Below, one piece after another: positions 28,181-37,595 of a stretch of 64,000 nucleotides of DNA (positions are counted from its first letter, which is position 1; every line of letters begins with the position of its first letter). This stretch comes from an uncultured Bacteroidales bacterium (GTDB lineage: Bacteria > Bacteroidota > Bacteroidia > Bacteroidales > B18-G4): NCBI GenBank assembly GCA_963753055.1, contig CAVWAP010000002.1, forward strand, positions 39,902-103,901, in the 5' to 3' direction. Below the pieces are notes generated by a model, which had not been told where the DNA came from, did no database searches, and worked only from the letters and a program-made list of their open reading frames with translations. Both the position numbers and the translations under genes were made by a program.

Positions 28181-29440
28181 TTACCTCATCTTCACCATCT
28201 TCCCTCCACCAACCTTTCCTCCAGCTTGTATCCTGAAGTAATACATCCCAGCTGGTAGTCCTTCAGCGTTCCATTGAACCTTCTGCTCGCCTTTATCTTG
28301 CTTTTCCTGCATCAGATAAACAATCTGAGATTGTACATTGTAAATTGTAAATTGTACATTCTCTGGTTTGTCAAGGGTGTAGGTGAGGGTTGTTGAATTG
28401 GTGAAGGGGTTGGGGGATATATAACAGTATTCAATTAAATACTGCTCTTCAACAGAAACTCCATTGGCAATACAAGAATCCTGTACTTGTTCAGGGCTGT
28501 TGCAACCAATAGCGTTTTGAGTAATCCTCACATTACCAGAAGGATTATTTAAATAATTACAAATACTTTGAACGTCGCAGGTAGTCAGGGCATCATTTCT
28601 TGAAATCTCAAGGTCACCCCCAATGGAAGTCAAATTCTCCAATCCTGTTAAACTGGTCAGGGCAGAATTTCCTCCATACCAAATCTCCCCAATATTTAAA
28701 CTTCCTCCTAGGGAAGTCAAACCCTCCAGCCCGGTTAAACTGGTTAAGATAGGGTTATGTTCAAAATAGAGCCCTCCTCCGATTGTGGTCACATTCTCCA
28801 GCCCTGTCAGGCTGGCTAAATCATAGTTAGCGACAAGATTGAGCCCTCCTCCGATTGTGGTCACATTCTCCAGCCCTGCCAGGCTGGTAAAGTCATCGGT
28901 GACATCAATCGAAAGGCTTCCCACGATCGTGGTCAAATTCTCCAGGCCCGTCAGATTGGTTAGGCCTCCGCTAAATGAAATGCCAAGACTTTCGCCGATA
29001 TAGGATAAATTCTGTAGCCCTGCCAAACTACTTATGTAACTAATGTCAAGAAGAAGACTTCCACCGATTGTGGTCACATTCTCCAGGCCTGTCAAACTAG
29101 TTAAGGTTTGGTTATTTTCAAAATAGAGGTTTCCCCCGATAGTGGTTACATTCTCCAAGCCCGTGAGGCTGGTCAGGGAAAAGTTCCAATAAATATTAAG
29201 CTCTCCCCCGATAGAGGTTAAAACACTTAATCCATCGAGATTAGTAATATTACTAATCACCCCCACACCTGCTCCAATTCTCACATACCCTTCAATTTCC
29301 GTACAATTCGGATAAATTATCTGAAAACTATCAATCTGAGATTGTGTTTCAAATGTTATCCCTTCAGGTAAACATGGTTGGCATATGGCAATAAGAGGAA
29401 ATATAACGGTTGAAAAAACTGTCAGGGCTATTTTTTTCAT
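28181..29440 (-). CDS. Leucine-rich-repeat (BspA-like) T9SS cargo protein
   Basis: Start at ATG 29440 (MKKIALTVFSTVIFPLIAICQ). It has about ten ~22-aa repeats of the form LTSLTGLENVTTIGG.L....N. The C-terminal CTD is ISPNPFTN...GLPAGMYYFRIQAGGKVGGGKMVKMR. Confidence 0.85.
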   Translation of the reverse strand: MKKIALTVFSTVIFPLIAICQPCLPEGITFETQSQIDSFQIIYPNCTEIEGYVRIGAGVGVISNITNLDGLSVLTSIGGELNIYWNFSLTSLTGLENVTTIGGNLYFENNQTLTSLTGLENVTTIGGSLLLDISYISSLAGLQNLSYIGESLGISFSGGLTNLTGLENLTTIVGSLSIDVTDDFTSLAGLENVTTIGGGLNLVANYDLASLTGLENVTTIGGGLYFEHNPILTSLTGLEGLTSLGGSLNIGEIWYGGNSALTSLTGLENLTSIGGDLEISRNDALTTCDVQSICNYLNNPSGNVRITQNAIGCNSPEQVQDSCIANGVSVEEQYLIEYCYISPNPFTNSTTLTYTLDKPENVQFTIYNVQSQIVYLMQEKQDKGEQKVQWNAEGLPAGMYYFRIQAGGKVGGGKMVKMR

Positions 29441-29473
29441 CACTATGATATTTGGATTAATAAATAGTGGATT

Positions 29474-29549
29474 GAGAATCTGGCAGCATAGATGCTTCAA
29501 TGGTCGGATGGTCCTATAAAGATAGTGAATTGCAGGGGGTTAGTCAAGA
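29474..29549 (-). promoter_or_regulatory. Conserved 76-nt upstream leader/promoter, copy 1 (upstream of LRR gene)
   Basis: About 64 of 76 nt are identical (hand count) to 31404-31479. On the coding strand it contains TTGACTAAC and ATTCACTATCTTTATA, which look like -33 and -7 elements. Confidence 0.6.
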
Positions 29550-29637
29550 AATATCAGTGAACAGTGAACACTAATCACTGAACAGAAAATCATAATTCAT
29601 GAATCGTAAACCGAAATCAAATATCAGATATCACGAA

Positions 29638-29745
29638 TCAGATATCAGATATCTTAATAATCTTCCCCCCACCAATCATCTCCCCAGCCTGTATCCTGAA
29701 ATAGTACACAAATATTGCTGACGACAAACATACTCCAGCAGTACT
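29638..29745 (-). pseudogene. Remnant 3' end of a T9SS C-terminal domain (..AGV..VYYFRIQAGEMIGGGKIIKISDI*)
   Basis: It translates in the same frame, directly after the lipase stop codon. The DNA and peptide closely resemble the tail of the LRR gene (MYYFRIQAGGKVGGGKMVKMR*). There is no start codon and no upstream CTD part. Confidence 0.6.
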
Positions 29746-31368
29746 TTAAAGTAATTTAATTATCTGTATGTTATTCCCAGATACAATCTTTAGAAAATAC
29801 AAGCTTTGGTTATTTGATTTGTTAATTCCTAATGTAGAAACTTTCCAATTGTAGTTATATTGACCCTCTTCTAATATCCCAAGGTCAATCGAGGAGAGTT
29901 TTCTTCCAATTATATCGTAAGCTTCTACTATGGTGGAAGCCTGTTCAATTATTGTAATATCAACTTTAATTGATTCTTTTAAGGGAATTGGATATACATT
30001 AACTGTAAATTTTTCTTTACTGTAATCATCTTCCTCAAGAGGGGAACTTTTCAGGCATGGTCCAAGGTAAGCTCCCTGAGCCAACAAAGCAGGTACTGCA
30101 TTGGGACTTACACAAATGGTAGTGGGATTACTGTTATTCCCAGGTGGTATATGACACACCCAAACCTTATTACCATTATTCCCACATGCTCCCCCACATT
30201 CAACTCTCAAACTATCAAACCAAGTAAGTGCATATGGGTAGGATAGGAGCCAACATGTTTCATGTGTTCCAATTGGGTCTAAATCTATTGCTTGCACATC
30301 AGGGGCTCCAAGAGCAAGCATAGTGTCTTGTGCCATGATTGCATTTTCAGGGAAAGCCATTGAATCCATACCACAATATAACATACGAACTGGTTCCTGT
30401 GGAATCCAATTGTGCAGATCATTTTTCCTAAGATCAACATTTAAAGGATGATTAGGGTTGTTCAGGAAGTTGTTTAGAACGGAATCCTGGATAAAGTCAT
30501 AATAATTGTAAGGAAGTAATGCATCCCATTCACCAGCCCAATGTATACCCGAAGCCCACCAGTCAGGTATTATAGAGTCATAAGGGGGATCATAGATTTC
30601 ATTACAATTTGTATATAAATTTCCATAAACATGCTGGTAGGAATCGACACAATAAGCTATGAGTGATGGTACATAATAGGTTGAATCTCCGTCAAATACT
30701 CCATCTATTTGTACTGTCGACATTGAATAAGGTCCTGACATAGGAGCTGAGGCCACAACGTTAAATTCGCTTTGAAGATTATTGACTTCAATGTATTTGT
30801 GTACAGCCATAGTGGCATGTCCCCCTTCCGAATATCCAGTTAAAAATAACTGATTGTTATCCCAAATCTGAAGTGAACCATTTAAAAATTCTCTTGCCGC
30901 ACGAATTAAATCAATACTTGCCGTTGCTTCCGACTCCCAATGACACCATGGATGAGTACCAGGATTAACTCCCAATCCAAGATAATCTGGCATGGTGGTT
31001 ATATAACCATTTCCAGAAAATAACAAACCATTCCCTATAAGATAACCATTAGAAGGAACCCATATTTTTTCAAATATTGTTCCGTGTTGATAAGATACTA
31101 AAGGTAGAGTATCGCAGTAGTATTGAGGAACAAGCAAGGCACCAGATGCAACGGTTGGGCTCCCGAATACATCGATGGTGTTATAGGTAATTGAATAGAC
31201 TGTAACACCATTAAGGGACATAGAAGTGGTATTCCAACCGTACCAATCTAAAGTAAGCTGAACATCAGTAACATTTCCGCTGGCAATTTCTGTTGCACTA
31301 ATAAGGTGTTGTGCAAATGAAACAGAAGTAATCATTACAATGCTTGCTGTAAACAGTAATTTTCTCAT
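29746..31368 (-). CDS. Secreted alpha/beta-hydrolase (LIP-family lipase-like) with T9SS-type C-terminal domain
   Basis: 540 aa with a signal peptide (ASIVMITSVSFAQ) and the nucleophile elbow GYSEGGH. A Cys-rich KVWVCHIPPGN...ICV linker precedes a divergent CTD (VYPIPLKESIKVDI...LYFLKIVSGNNIQIIKLL). The gene is clearly more AT-rich than the neighbouring LRR gene. Confidence 0.75.
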   Translation of the reverse strand: MRKLLFTASIVMITSVSFAQHLISATEIASGNVTDVQLTLDWYGWNTTSMSLNGVTVYSITYNTIDVFGSPTVASGALLVPQYYCDTLPLVSYQHGTIFEKIWVPSNGYLIGNGLLFSGNGYITTMPDYLGLGVNPGTHPWCHWESEATASIDLIRAAREFLNGSLQIWDNNQLFLTGYSEGGHATMAVHKYIEVNNLQSEFNVVASAPMSGPYSMSTVQIDGVFDGDSTYYVPSLIAYCVDSYQHVYGNLYTNCNEIYDPPYDSIIPDWWASGIHWAGEWDALLPYNYYDFIQDSVLNNFLNNPNHPLNVDLRKNDLHNWIPQEPVRMLYCGMDSMAFPENAIMAQDTMLALGAPDVQAIDLDPIGTHETCWLLSYPYALTWFDSLRVECGGACGNNGNKVWVCHIPPGNNSNPTTICVSPNAVPALLAQGAYLGPCLKSSPLEEDDYSKEKFTVNVYPIPLKESIKVDITIIEQASTIVEAYDIIGRKLSSIDLGILEEGQYNYNWKVSTLGINKSNNQSLYFLKIVSGNNIQIIKLL

Positions 31369-31403
31369 AGCTCTAATATTTAAGATTTATAACAATGTAA
31401 GCT

Positions 31404-31479
31404 GAGTATCTGGCAGAGTAGATATCTCAATGGTCGGATAGACTTATAAAGATAGTGAATTACAGGTGGTTAGTCAAGG
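31404..31479 (-). promoter_or_regulatory. Conserved 76-nt upstream leader/promoter, copy 2 (upstream of lipase gene)
   Basis: See 29474-29549. Confidence 0.6.
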
Positions 31480-31630
31480 AGAGAGGAACTGAGGGGGAGG
31501 CTATAGTGATTCTTGGAGCTATTTAAATTAGTAAGCATGAACCCCACCGCGTTCATTCGCACGCAATCTCTCGCGAGGGGGTATACCTTTAGTCATTACT
31601 TCAATTTGCCAAAAACAAGAAGGGGGTATA

Positions 31631-33478
31631 CTATTTCTTTATTGCCTTTAGTATTCTGTCTTCCTTAATCACTACATCTCGCATTAACAAGTTATATGGT
31701 AGTTTTTTGAGTTTGGATTTTTTAAATCCGTCCAATATCCCCACAAGGGCACTGGCCGATATAAGTGAAAGATTTAGTTCGTATTCCAACTCACATTCAT
31801 TAATAAAATCATCACTAAAATCCGGGGCAACCAACAAAGACTTAATCACCTTAAAGTTGTTTTTCTGAGCCAATTCAAAATAAGATTTGATTTGACGTGA
31901 TACAGAACTAAACTTATTGTACCCACTTTCCTTAATGGTTTTGCATTCAATAATGATCAGTTCCTGGTTCCCAAGGTTAAGAACAATGTCCATCTTGTTC
32001 TTGTTTGTGTTAAGTTGTTTCCTTAATTTTTCATCCACATCAAACCCAAGCTTTGTGAATATGCTCTTAGTAAGAGTTTCAAATTTTGCTCCCAGGTCTG
32101 CCTCTTTAATCCTAATCCCATTTTCTTTTAAGGTGTTTAGATCCCTTAAACCAATATTCTCAAAATTTTCTAAGAAGATATTTTCTGTGTCCTTATATGA
32201 ATCTAAAATGTTTAAAACAATATTCCCCCTTGTCTTAATTGATTTTGCTTCAGAGAATCCCTCAAGCCCCTTGTTTCCGAGAATGTCCAGAATATCGCGA
32301 GGTTTTATGTTGTAATCAATTAAATATTTTCCACTGAGAACATTTTCTTCTTGCAGTTCAAATTCAGTCTTCACAAATTGGTTGAAGTTTCTTACGTTCT
32401 CATTTAGATCGACTAACAACTTTTCGTAACCGTCAATAGAAATTCCAACCTTTTCATCAGTTTCAATGTCCTCAAAGTACATAACGAGATTCTGAATCTT
32501 ATCACTTATGGTTATACCTTTTAGTGGGGGGGAAATTTTAAGCTCCTTTTCAAGTAATGTGTTTAGATAGTTCTTCTTGTCTGTTACCTTGGTGCCCTCT
32601 TTAAACATGTCGTTCTCAAGCATTCCCGAAAAAGAAATGCCCTCGTTAATGATTTCCTTAATTTTTTCTTGGCGAGACATTTTCCAATTGATATTATGTT
32701 TTCTACAAACCAGGTTAAGCGGTGAATCTTTTATATGTTTGAGAACCCTACGAAAGAATTTATCTGCAACCTCCTTGCCCCTTAGTTTTCTTAAAAGACG
32801 AACGATTTCATCAGTAATGAATACGTTGTGATTCTTTTTGGAGTAAAATACCACACCCCGGTTTCTTAAGTCGTTTATTATTTTGTCTATCTCCTGCTTT
32901 TCAATTGGCAAGATGGAATAATTAATAAGCTTGACTTCTTCCTGGGACAAATCTAATTGCTTTGATAAGGCGATCAGGATGGACTGTTCGTCACTCGTTA
33001 TTTTACTATCAAGGTTGCTTTGTAAATCATTGTAATAAGCAGTATGCAAACATTGACTATAGATCTTATAGTCCCTTATTCTCATTTCTCCCCTATTGCC
33101 CTCATCTTGCAAGATCTTTTTGAATTCTTTCAGCTTGGTATTTAGGTGTTTTATCTCCTCTATATAAAGCTTGTCGAACCACTCCCTAGACATTATGCAG
33201 TTACCATCCCGAATAAGTATATCCACCAATATATCAAGCTGGGAAGTGGTTTGGGCAAACTCCTCTTTGATACATTCTGAGAACTCGGTTTCTATTAAAG
33301 AAAAAACCCGCGCGATATTGATGTTGTCAACATTTTTCAGGTCTTTGTCGGTATCGCTTAAGATCTTGTCAATTTCCTTAAAGTTCTTCGGGTTTTCGGC
33401 GATGATATTGTCAACAATTTTAAGAAAAGCATTTTTCTCAAAGGAGTTCAGCTGGTCAAGGACTTTTACAAGTTTCAT
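31631..33478 (-). CDS. Large helical protein with C-terminal PD-(D/E)xK (Mrr-like restriction endonuclease) domain
   Basis: Start at ATG 33478 (MKLVKVLDQL). The C-terminal ~130 aa read FETLTKSIFTKLGF...(K)MDIVLNL..QELIIIECKT.......V.RQIKSY......FKVIKSLLVAPDFSDDF, which fits the Mrr_cat pattern E..D..ExK. The N-terminal ~480 aa are not recognised. The gene is very AT-rich. Confidence 0.6.
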   Translation of the reverse strand: MKLVKVLDQLNSFEKNAFLKIVDNIIAENPKNFKEIDKILSDTDKDLKNVDNINIARVFSLIETEFSECIKEEFAQTTSQLDILVDILIRDGNCIMSREWFDKLYIEEIKHLNTKLKEFKKILQDEGNRGEMRIRDYKIYSQCLHTAYYNDLQSNLDSKITSDEQSILIALSKQLDLSQEEVKLINYSILPIEKQEIDKIINDLRNRGVVFYSKKNHNVFITDEIVRLLRKLRGKEVADKFFRRVLKHIKDSPLNLVCRKHNINWKMSRQEKIKEIINEGISFSGMLENDMFKEGTKVTDKKNYLNTLLEKELKISPPLKGITISDKIQNLVMYFEDIETDEKVGISIDGYEKLLVDLNENVRNFNQFVKTEFELQEENVLSGKYLIDYNIKPRDILDILGNKGLEGFSEAKSIKTRGNIVLNILDSYKDTENIFLENFENIGLRDLNTLKENGIRIKEADLGAKFETLTKSIFTKLGFDVDEKLRKQLNTNKNKMDIVLNLGNQELIIIECKTIKESGYNKFSSVSRQIKSYFELAQKNNFKVIKSLLVAPDFSDDFINECELEYELNLSLISASALVGILDGFKKSKLKKLPYNLLMRDVVIKEDRILKAIKK

Positions 33479-33647
33479 AATCAGGGGTTTTAGGTGACAA
33501 CTACACAAATGTAATAAGAATAAATATGAACCCCAACTATAAAATTGTCTAGGCCGATTTTAGAGCACAACGATCCCCCAAACCGTCCCCCAACAAAAAA
33601 CCCACCACACAACAAATTGTTATATAGCGGGTTAATCTTTCGGTTTG

Positions 33648-33720
<73 letters not shown>

Positions 33721-33802
33721 GCTTGCGGGCACAAAGATACAATGGATTTTGGAAATAAAAAAATTATTGAGGAAAATCTACAGCTATGTTATTGATATTG
33801 AG

Positions 33803-33975
33803 GAATTGACCAATTCACCAATCTGCATCAATTGACCAAATAATTCACAACTTTCAATTGTTCAGATCTCAATTTTCAAAGAGTTGAAAATTTATCATTC
33901 TAACATTGAATTTTGGAGCTTATCTGGTCAATTGGAATGTGGTCAATTGGTCAATTTTCAAGGATTGGTCAATTC
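33803..33975. repeat. ATTGACCAAT-word palindromic repeat, copy A (~173 bp)
   Basis: Collinear with copy B (37423-37581) through gaattgaccaattcaccaatctg.atcaattgaccaaataatt.acaa.tttcaattgttcagat.tcaattttcaaa..gttgaa.atttatcattctaacattga.ttttgga..tta.ctggtcaattgg. Its ends are inverted (gaattgacca / tggtcaattc). It overlaps the last two sense codons and the stop codon of the downstream gene. Confidence 0.9.
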
Positions 33976-34832
33976 TTTAAAATGTTCTTCCCGTCAACCA
34001 CATATGATAGTCCAAACAACGATACAACGACCGTTATGAGGTAGAACATAAAACTCAACCCCACGGCCTCATTCACGTTCATGCTCAGGAATTGTGCCCC
34101 GTAGAGAAAGGTGATCTCGCGCGACCCTACACCACCCACCGTGATGGGGATGGAGGAGACGATGGAAGAGACCAGGAAGAGAAATAAATAGGTGAGATAG
34201 TTCTCTCCCGTGCCAAAAGCCAGTAAAATGCAAAAGGCAGATATGACCTGCAAAAGCTGGATCACATATGAATATCCAATGATCTTAAACACAATCCTGG
34301 TGAAATGCTTCAGGAAATAATAAATGACCAGGTAAAATGCCAGCGCAGATAGCGGGACCAACAACCAGGCCAGGTAATCAACAATTTCAGGAACCTCAAG
34401 GAAATAGATCAATACAGCTGCAATGCCAACAAGGGCAACCAGTCCACTCAGCCGGTCCATGATCAGGGCCCAAAACAACCTGCCCACCTTAACCCTGAAG
34501 TTTCTGTTCAAAAGGTAAATCTTATACCCATCACCCCCGATGCCACCGGGAAGAAACAGATTATAGAACATGCCCAGGAGATAAAGTTTAAGATTTGCCT
34601 TTTCTGAAATATGAATACCGACACTCATTAAAAACTGGTTGAGGCGGAAAGAGGAAAGGACCTGGGAAAGGACAAAAGCCAGCAATGCCAATAATAACCA
34701 CCATGGATCCGATCGCCCGAAAAGCAATAATACCTCCCGTATTTCTATATTCCTGAAAACAATATAGAGGGCGGCGACTGTGATAGAAATCTTCAGCAGC
34801 AGCTTAAGGGTTCTTTTGAGGCGCGTATTCAT
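33969..34832 (-). CDS. Flippase-like membrane protein (LPG_synthase_TM / UPF0104 family)
   Basis: 287 aa and polytopic, with the family-typical LPGGIGGDGYK motif. Confidence 0.75.
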   Translation of the reverse strand: MNTRLKRTLKLLLKISITVAALYIVFRNIEIREVLLLFGRSDPWWLLLALLAFVLSQVLSSFRLNQFLMSVGIHISEKANLKLYLLGMFYNLFLPGGIGGDGYKIYLLNRNFRVKVGRLFWALIMDRLSGLVALVGIAAVLIYFLEVPEIVDYLAWLLVPLSALAFYLVIYYFLKHFTRIVFKIIGYSYVIQLLQVISAFCILLAFGTGENYLTYLFLFLVSSIVSSIPITVGGVGSREITFLYGAQFLSMNVNEAVGLSFMFYLITVVVSLFGLSYVVDGKNILKN

Positions 34833-36429
34833 GAAGGATCTTTACAAGTTTAAGTTTTCGTTCCTGCCAATGGGTGTTGTACGAATAATACAGGCGGTAA
34901 TCTTTGTTAACCAGCTTATTGTTGTCGCCAATGTAATAAATAGTGCTACTGACATCATAAGGCCCCCCATGCTTCCTGGACAAAATCTCATTTCTTTCCC
35001 GCGTAATATAAAAGGCTGAAAAATCATCTACACCACTCCAACCAAGGATATACAAGGGTTCTCCTTTTATGATCTGTCCCATCCTGATCGCACCCTCTTT
35101 GGCCGGAATGCCACGATCAAGTTGATATCTTGCCGGAATAACGGTCCAGTTGAAGCCAATCCTCACCACTAGCATTATGATCGCAAAAATGAGCAGACGG
35201 TAAGGCTTTATCCTCAGCATCAGGTAAGTTAATACCCCCATGGCCAGGAAAAGGAATATAAACTTTGGAATGATCAAGGGCAGGTTCCTGGTTTCATCAA
35301 TAAAGAAGATAGCAATTGTTCCCAGAGTTGCGATGACACCAATAGCAAATAGCAAATAGTCAATCAGCACATTTTGAAACAGCTTCTCTTCTCTGTATTT
35401 ATAATAAAAGTAAAAAAGAACCCCAAAACTTAGCGGAATGAACATGATAAGATACCTGGCATGCACCTCGGGGGAGGTCCAGTAGACAATAATATTTGCC
35501 AGGAAAATGATCATGCAGAACTTTAAGAAAGGATGTCTCCAGATGGTTTTAAAGAAATCTTTCCGGAAACAACAAACAATCAACAATGCCCATGGGGCAA
35601 AATGATAAATCATGTCTAATGGAAATTTCATGATGCTCACCATGGTTTCCAGTACACCAAAACGAACCACCGTCCTGCGTGATGACTCATCGAAAAGCGT
35701 GTAGAACAAGTCTCCGGGTGTTCCTTCATACCGACCGAAATAGAGCAGGTAATAAGCTCCGACAATACCCAGGAAAACAAATATTCCTGCAAAATGCGCC
35801 AGGCTGAATAGCTTTTTGAACTCTTTCTGGTAGGTAAAAAAGATCAACAGGGTAATACCCTGAAAAACAATAGCCGGGAGGCCTTTAAACAGGTAGGCAA
35901 CGGCAGCAAGAAAGTAGGAAACAAGGAACAGTAGCAGAAGCCTGTTTTTATTATGAAAATGGTAAAAAGCCATGAAGTTCAAAAAGATCACCCAGGAGAA
36001 AGTGATGTCAATAAGCGCCAGCTGTGTATCCCAGAAGAGCATCCTGCCGCAGGTGATAAATGCGATGGCGTTCAGGAAAGCAATTTCATTTCCAAAGTGC
36101 TTTCTGAAGATTAAAAAGATTGAGACAGCAAACAAAATGGTGGAAACAACAGTTGAGAATCGCAGGGTAAACTCATCAAAATTCCCGAACAATGAGGTAT
36201 AACCTATTAAGATCCAGTTATACAGCGGAGGCTTCTTCAGATAGTACTCACCATACATGGTGGGCACGACCCAGTCATCACTGATCAGCATCTCCAGGGC
36301 GACCAGCCCACGGATCTGCTCGTCGGAGCTTACCGGCATCAGGCCAAGATTGATAAGAAGGGCTGGAAAAAGCAGGATAATGCTTGTGAGGTAAAGGATC
36401 CAGGGATTCTTTTCAATATAAGTGATCAT
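34804..36429 (-). CDS. ArnT/PMT_2-type (GT39/GT83-like) membrane glycosyltransferase
   Basis: 541 aa with more than 10 TM helices. The N-terminal loop motif SSDEQIRG and YLKKPPLY are typical of undecaprenyl-phosphate-sugar dependent transferases. Confidence 0.75.
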   Translation of the reverse strand: MITYIEKNPWILYLTSIILLFPALLINLGLMPVSSDEQIRGLVALEMLISDDWVVPTMYGEYYLKKPPLYNWILIGYTSLFGNFDEFTLRFSTVVSTILFAVSIFLIFRKHFGNEIAFLNAIAFITCGRMLFWDTQLALIDITFSWVIFLNFMAFYHFHNKNRLLLLFLVSYFLAAVAYLFKGLPAIVFQGITLLIFFTYQKEFKKLFSLAHFAGIFVFLGIVGAYYLLYFGRYEGTPGDLFYTLFDESSRRTVVRFGVLETMVSIMKFPLDMIYHFAPWALLIVCCFRKDFFKTIWRHPFLKFCMIIFLANIIVYWTSPEVHARYLIMFIPLSFGVLFYFYYKYREEKLFQNVLIDYLLFAIGVIATLGTIAIFFIDETRNLPLIIPKFIFLFLAMGVLTYLMLRIKPYRLLIFAIIMLVVRIGFNWTVIPARYQLDRGIPAKEGAIRMGQIIKGEPLYILGWSGVDDFSAFYITRERNEILSRKHGGPYDVSSTIYYIGDNNKLVNKDYRLYYSYNTHWQERKLKLVKILHEYAPQKNP

Positions 36430-36437
36430 CTTGGTCC

Positions 36438-37394
36438 TTAATTTTCTCCGCCGGTTATTTTTCTGATTTTATATGGCTTTTTCTGCTGTGATTCGTAGTA
36501 GGTCCTCATCTGGAGCTCTGCGGCGATCCCCACCGTGATAAACTGGATGCCAGCGATCAGCAGAATCACCCCCAGGATCAGCAGGGGCCTTCCCCAGATA
36601 TCCTGTCCCATGATCTTTAAAATGACAAGATAGATGTTGATTACAATGCCTGCCAGAAGCATTAATAAACCAAGATTCCCAAAAAGGTGCATAGGTTTCT
36701 GCATGTATTTCTTAAAGAAGAGCACCAGCAGAAGGTCGCTGATAACCCGAAATGTTCGCCCTATGCCATATTTCGACTTTCCGTGCTGACGTGGGTGGTG
36801 TTTGACGTCAACCTGTGTGATTTTGGCACCATCAAGGGCAGCCAGCACAGGAATAAAGCGATGAAGTTCACCATAAAGCCCAAGGTTCTTTGCGATATCA
36901 CTTTTAAAAACCTTCAGGGTGCAGCCATAATCTTTCATCTTAACACCCGTGGATGAGCGGATGATGAAGTTAGCCAGCTTGCTGGGGATCTTCCTGAGAA
37001 AAACACCATCTTTTCTGTTTTTCCTGATTCCAGCCACCAGGTCCCAGTCGCCACCCCCGGCGACCCTCAGCATCATGGGGATGTCGGAAGGGTCGTTCTG
37101 CAGGTCACCGTCGATGGTTACAATATATTCACCCTGTGCAGCATCAATGCCTGCTGCAAGTGCCGAGCTCTGCCCATAATTTTTTTGTAGCTCTATCAGT
37201 TTCATATCATTGTCCAGAACCTGTCTGACTTCAGCAACAGTATTGTCGGTCGAGCCATCATCCACATAAATAATCTCGTAATCAAAATCTTTTAAAGCAT
37301 CACGGATTTGTTGCACCAGGGGACTGATGTTCTCTTCCTCATTGTAAACACAGACTACGACGGAGAGTTTCATTGAAAAAGTTTTAGAATTCAA
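36438..37394 (-). CDS. GT2 polyprenyl-phosphate glycosyltransferase (ArnC/GtrB-like)
   Basis: LSVVVCVYNEEENI, the DDGSTD and DGDLQNDP motifs, and two C-terminal TM helices. An alternative start at ATG 37373 (MKLSVVV) is possible. Confidence 0.85.
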   Translation of the reverse strand: MNSKTFSMKLSVVVCVYNEEENISPLVQQIRDALKDFDYEIIYVDDGSTDNTVAEVRQVLDNDMKLIELQKNYGQSSALAAGIDAAQGEYIVTIDGDLQNDPSDIPMMLRVAGGGDWDLVAGIRKNRKDGVFLRKIPSKLANFIIRSSTGVKMKDYGCTLKVFKSDIAKNLGLYGELHRFIPVLAALDGAKITQVDVKHHPRQHGKSKYGIGRTFRVISDLLLVLFFKKYMQKPMHLFGNLGLLMLLAGIVINIYLVILKIMGQDIWGRPLLILGVILLIAGIQFITVGIAAELQMRTYYESQQKKPYKIRKITGGEN

Positions 37395-37422
37395 AGATAC
37401 TTAATTTCGATATCTGACTTAA

Positions 37423-37581
37423 GAATTGACCAATTCACCAATCTGTATCAATTGACCAAATAATTTACAAATTTCAATTGTTCAGATTTCAATTTTCAAA
37501 CGGTTGAATATTTATCATTCTAACATTGATTTTTGGAATTTACCTGGTCAATTGGTATAATTGATACAGATTGGTCAATTC
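37423..37581. repeat. ATTGACCAAT-word palindromic repeat, copy B (~159 bp)
   Basis: See copy A. Here the two ends pair over gaattgaccaat...aatctgtatcaatt / aattgatacagatt...ggtcaattc. It lies between the stop of gene 37596..38654 and the start of the GT2 operon. Confidence 0.9.
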
Positions 37582-37595
37582 TTAAAACAGCACCA

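Noticed and set aside
27969-28181. 70-aa minus-strand ORF downstream of the LRR gene
   Set aside because: The composition is not protein-like, there is no start context, and it overlaps the LRR stop by one base. The region is treated as non-coding (see finding 27814-28180).
33803-37581. Composite transposon interpretation of the repeat-bracketed glycosylation operon
   Set aside because: There is no transposase and the repeats are direct. Each sits exactly at a gene 3' end like the other word hairpins. It is reported as a recombination substrate or terminator family instead.
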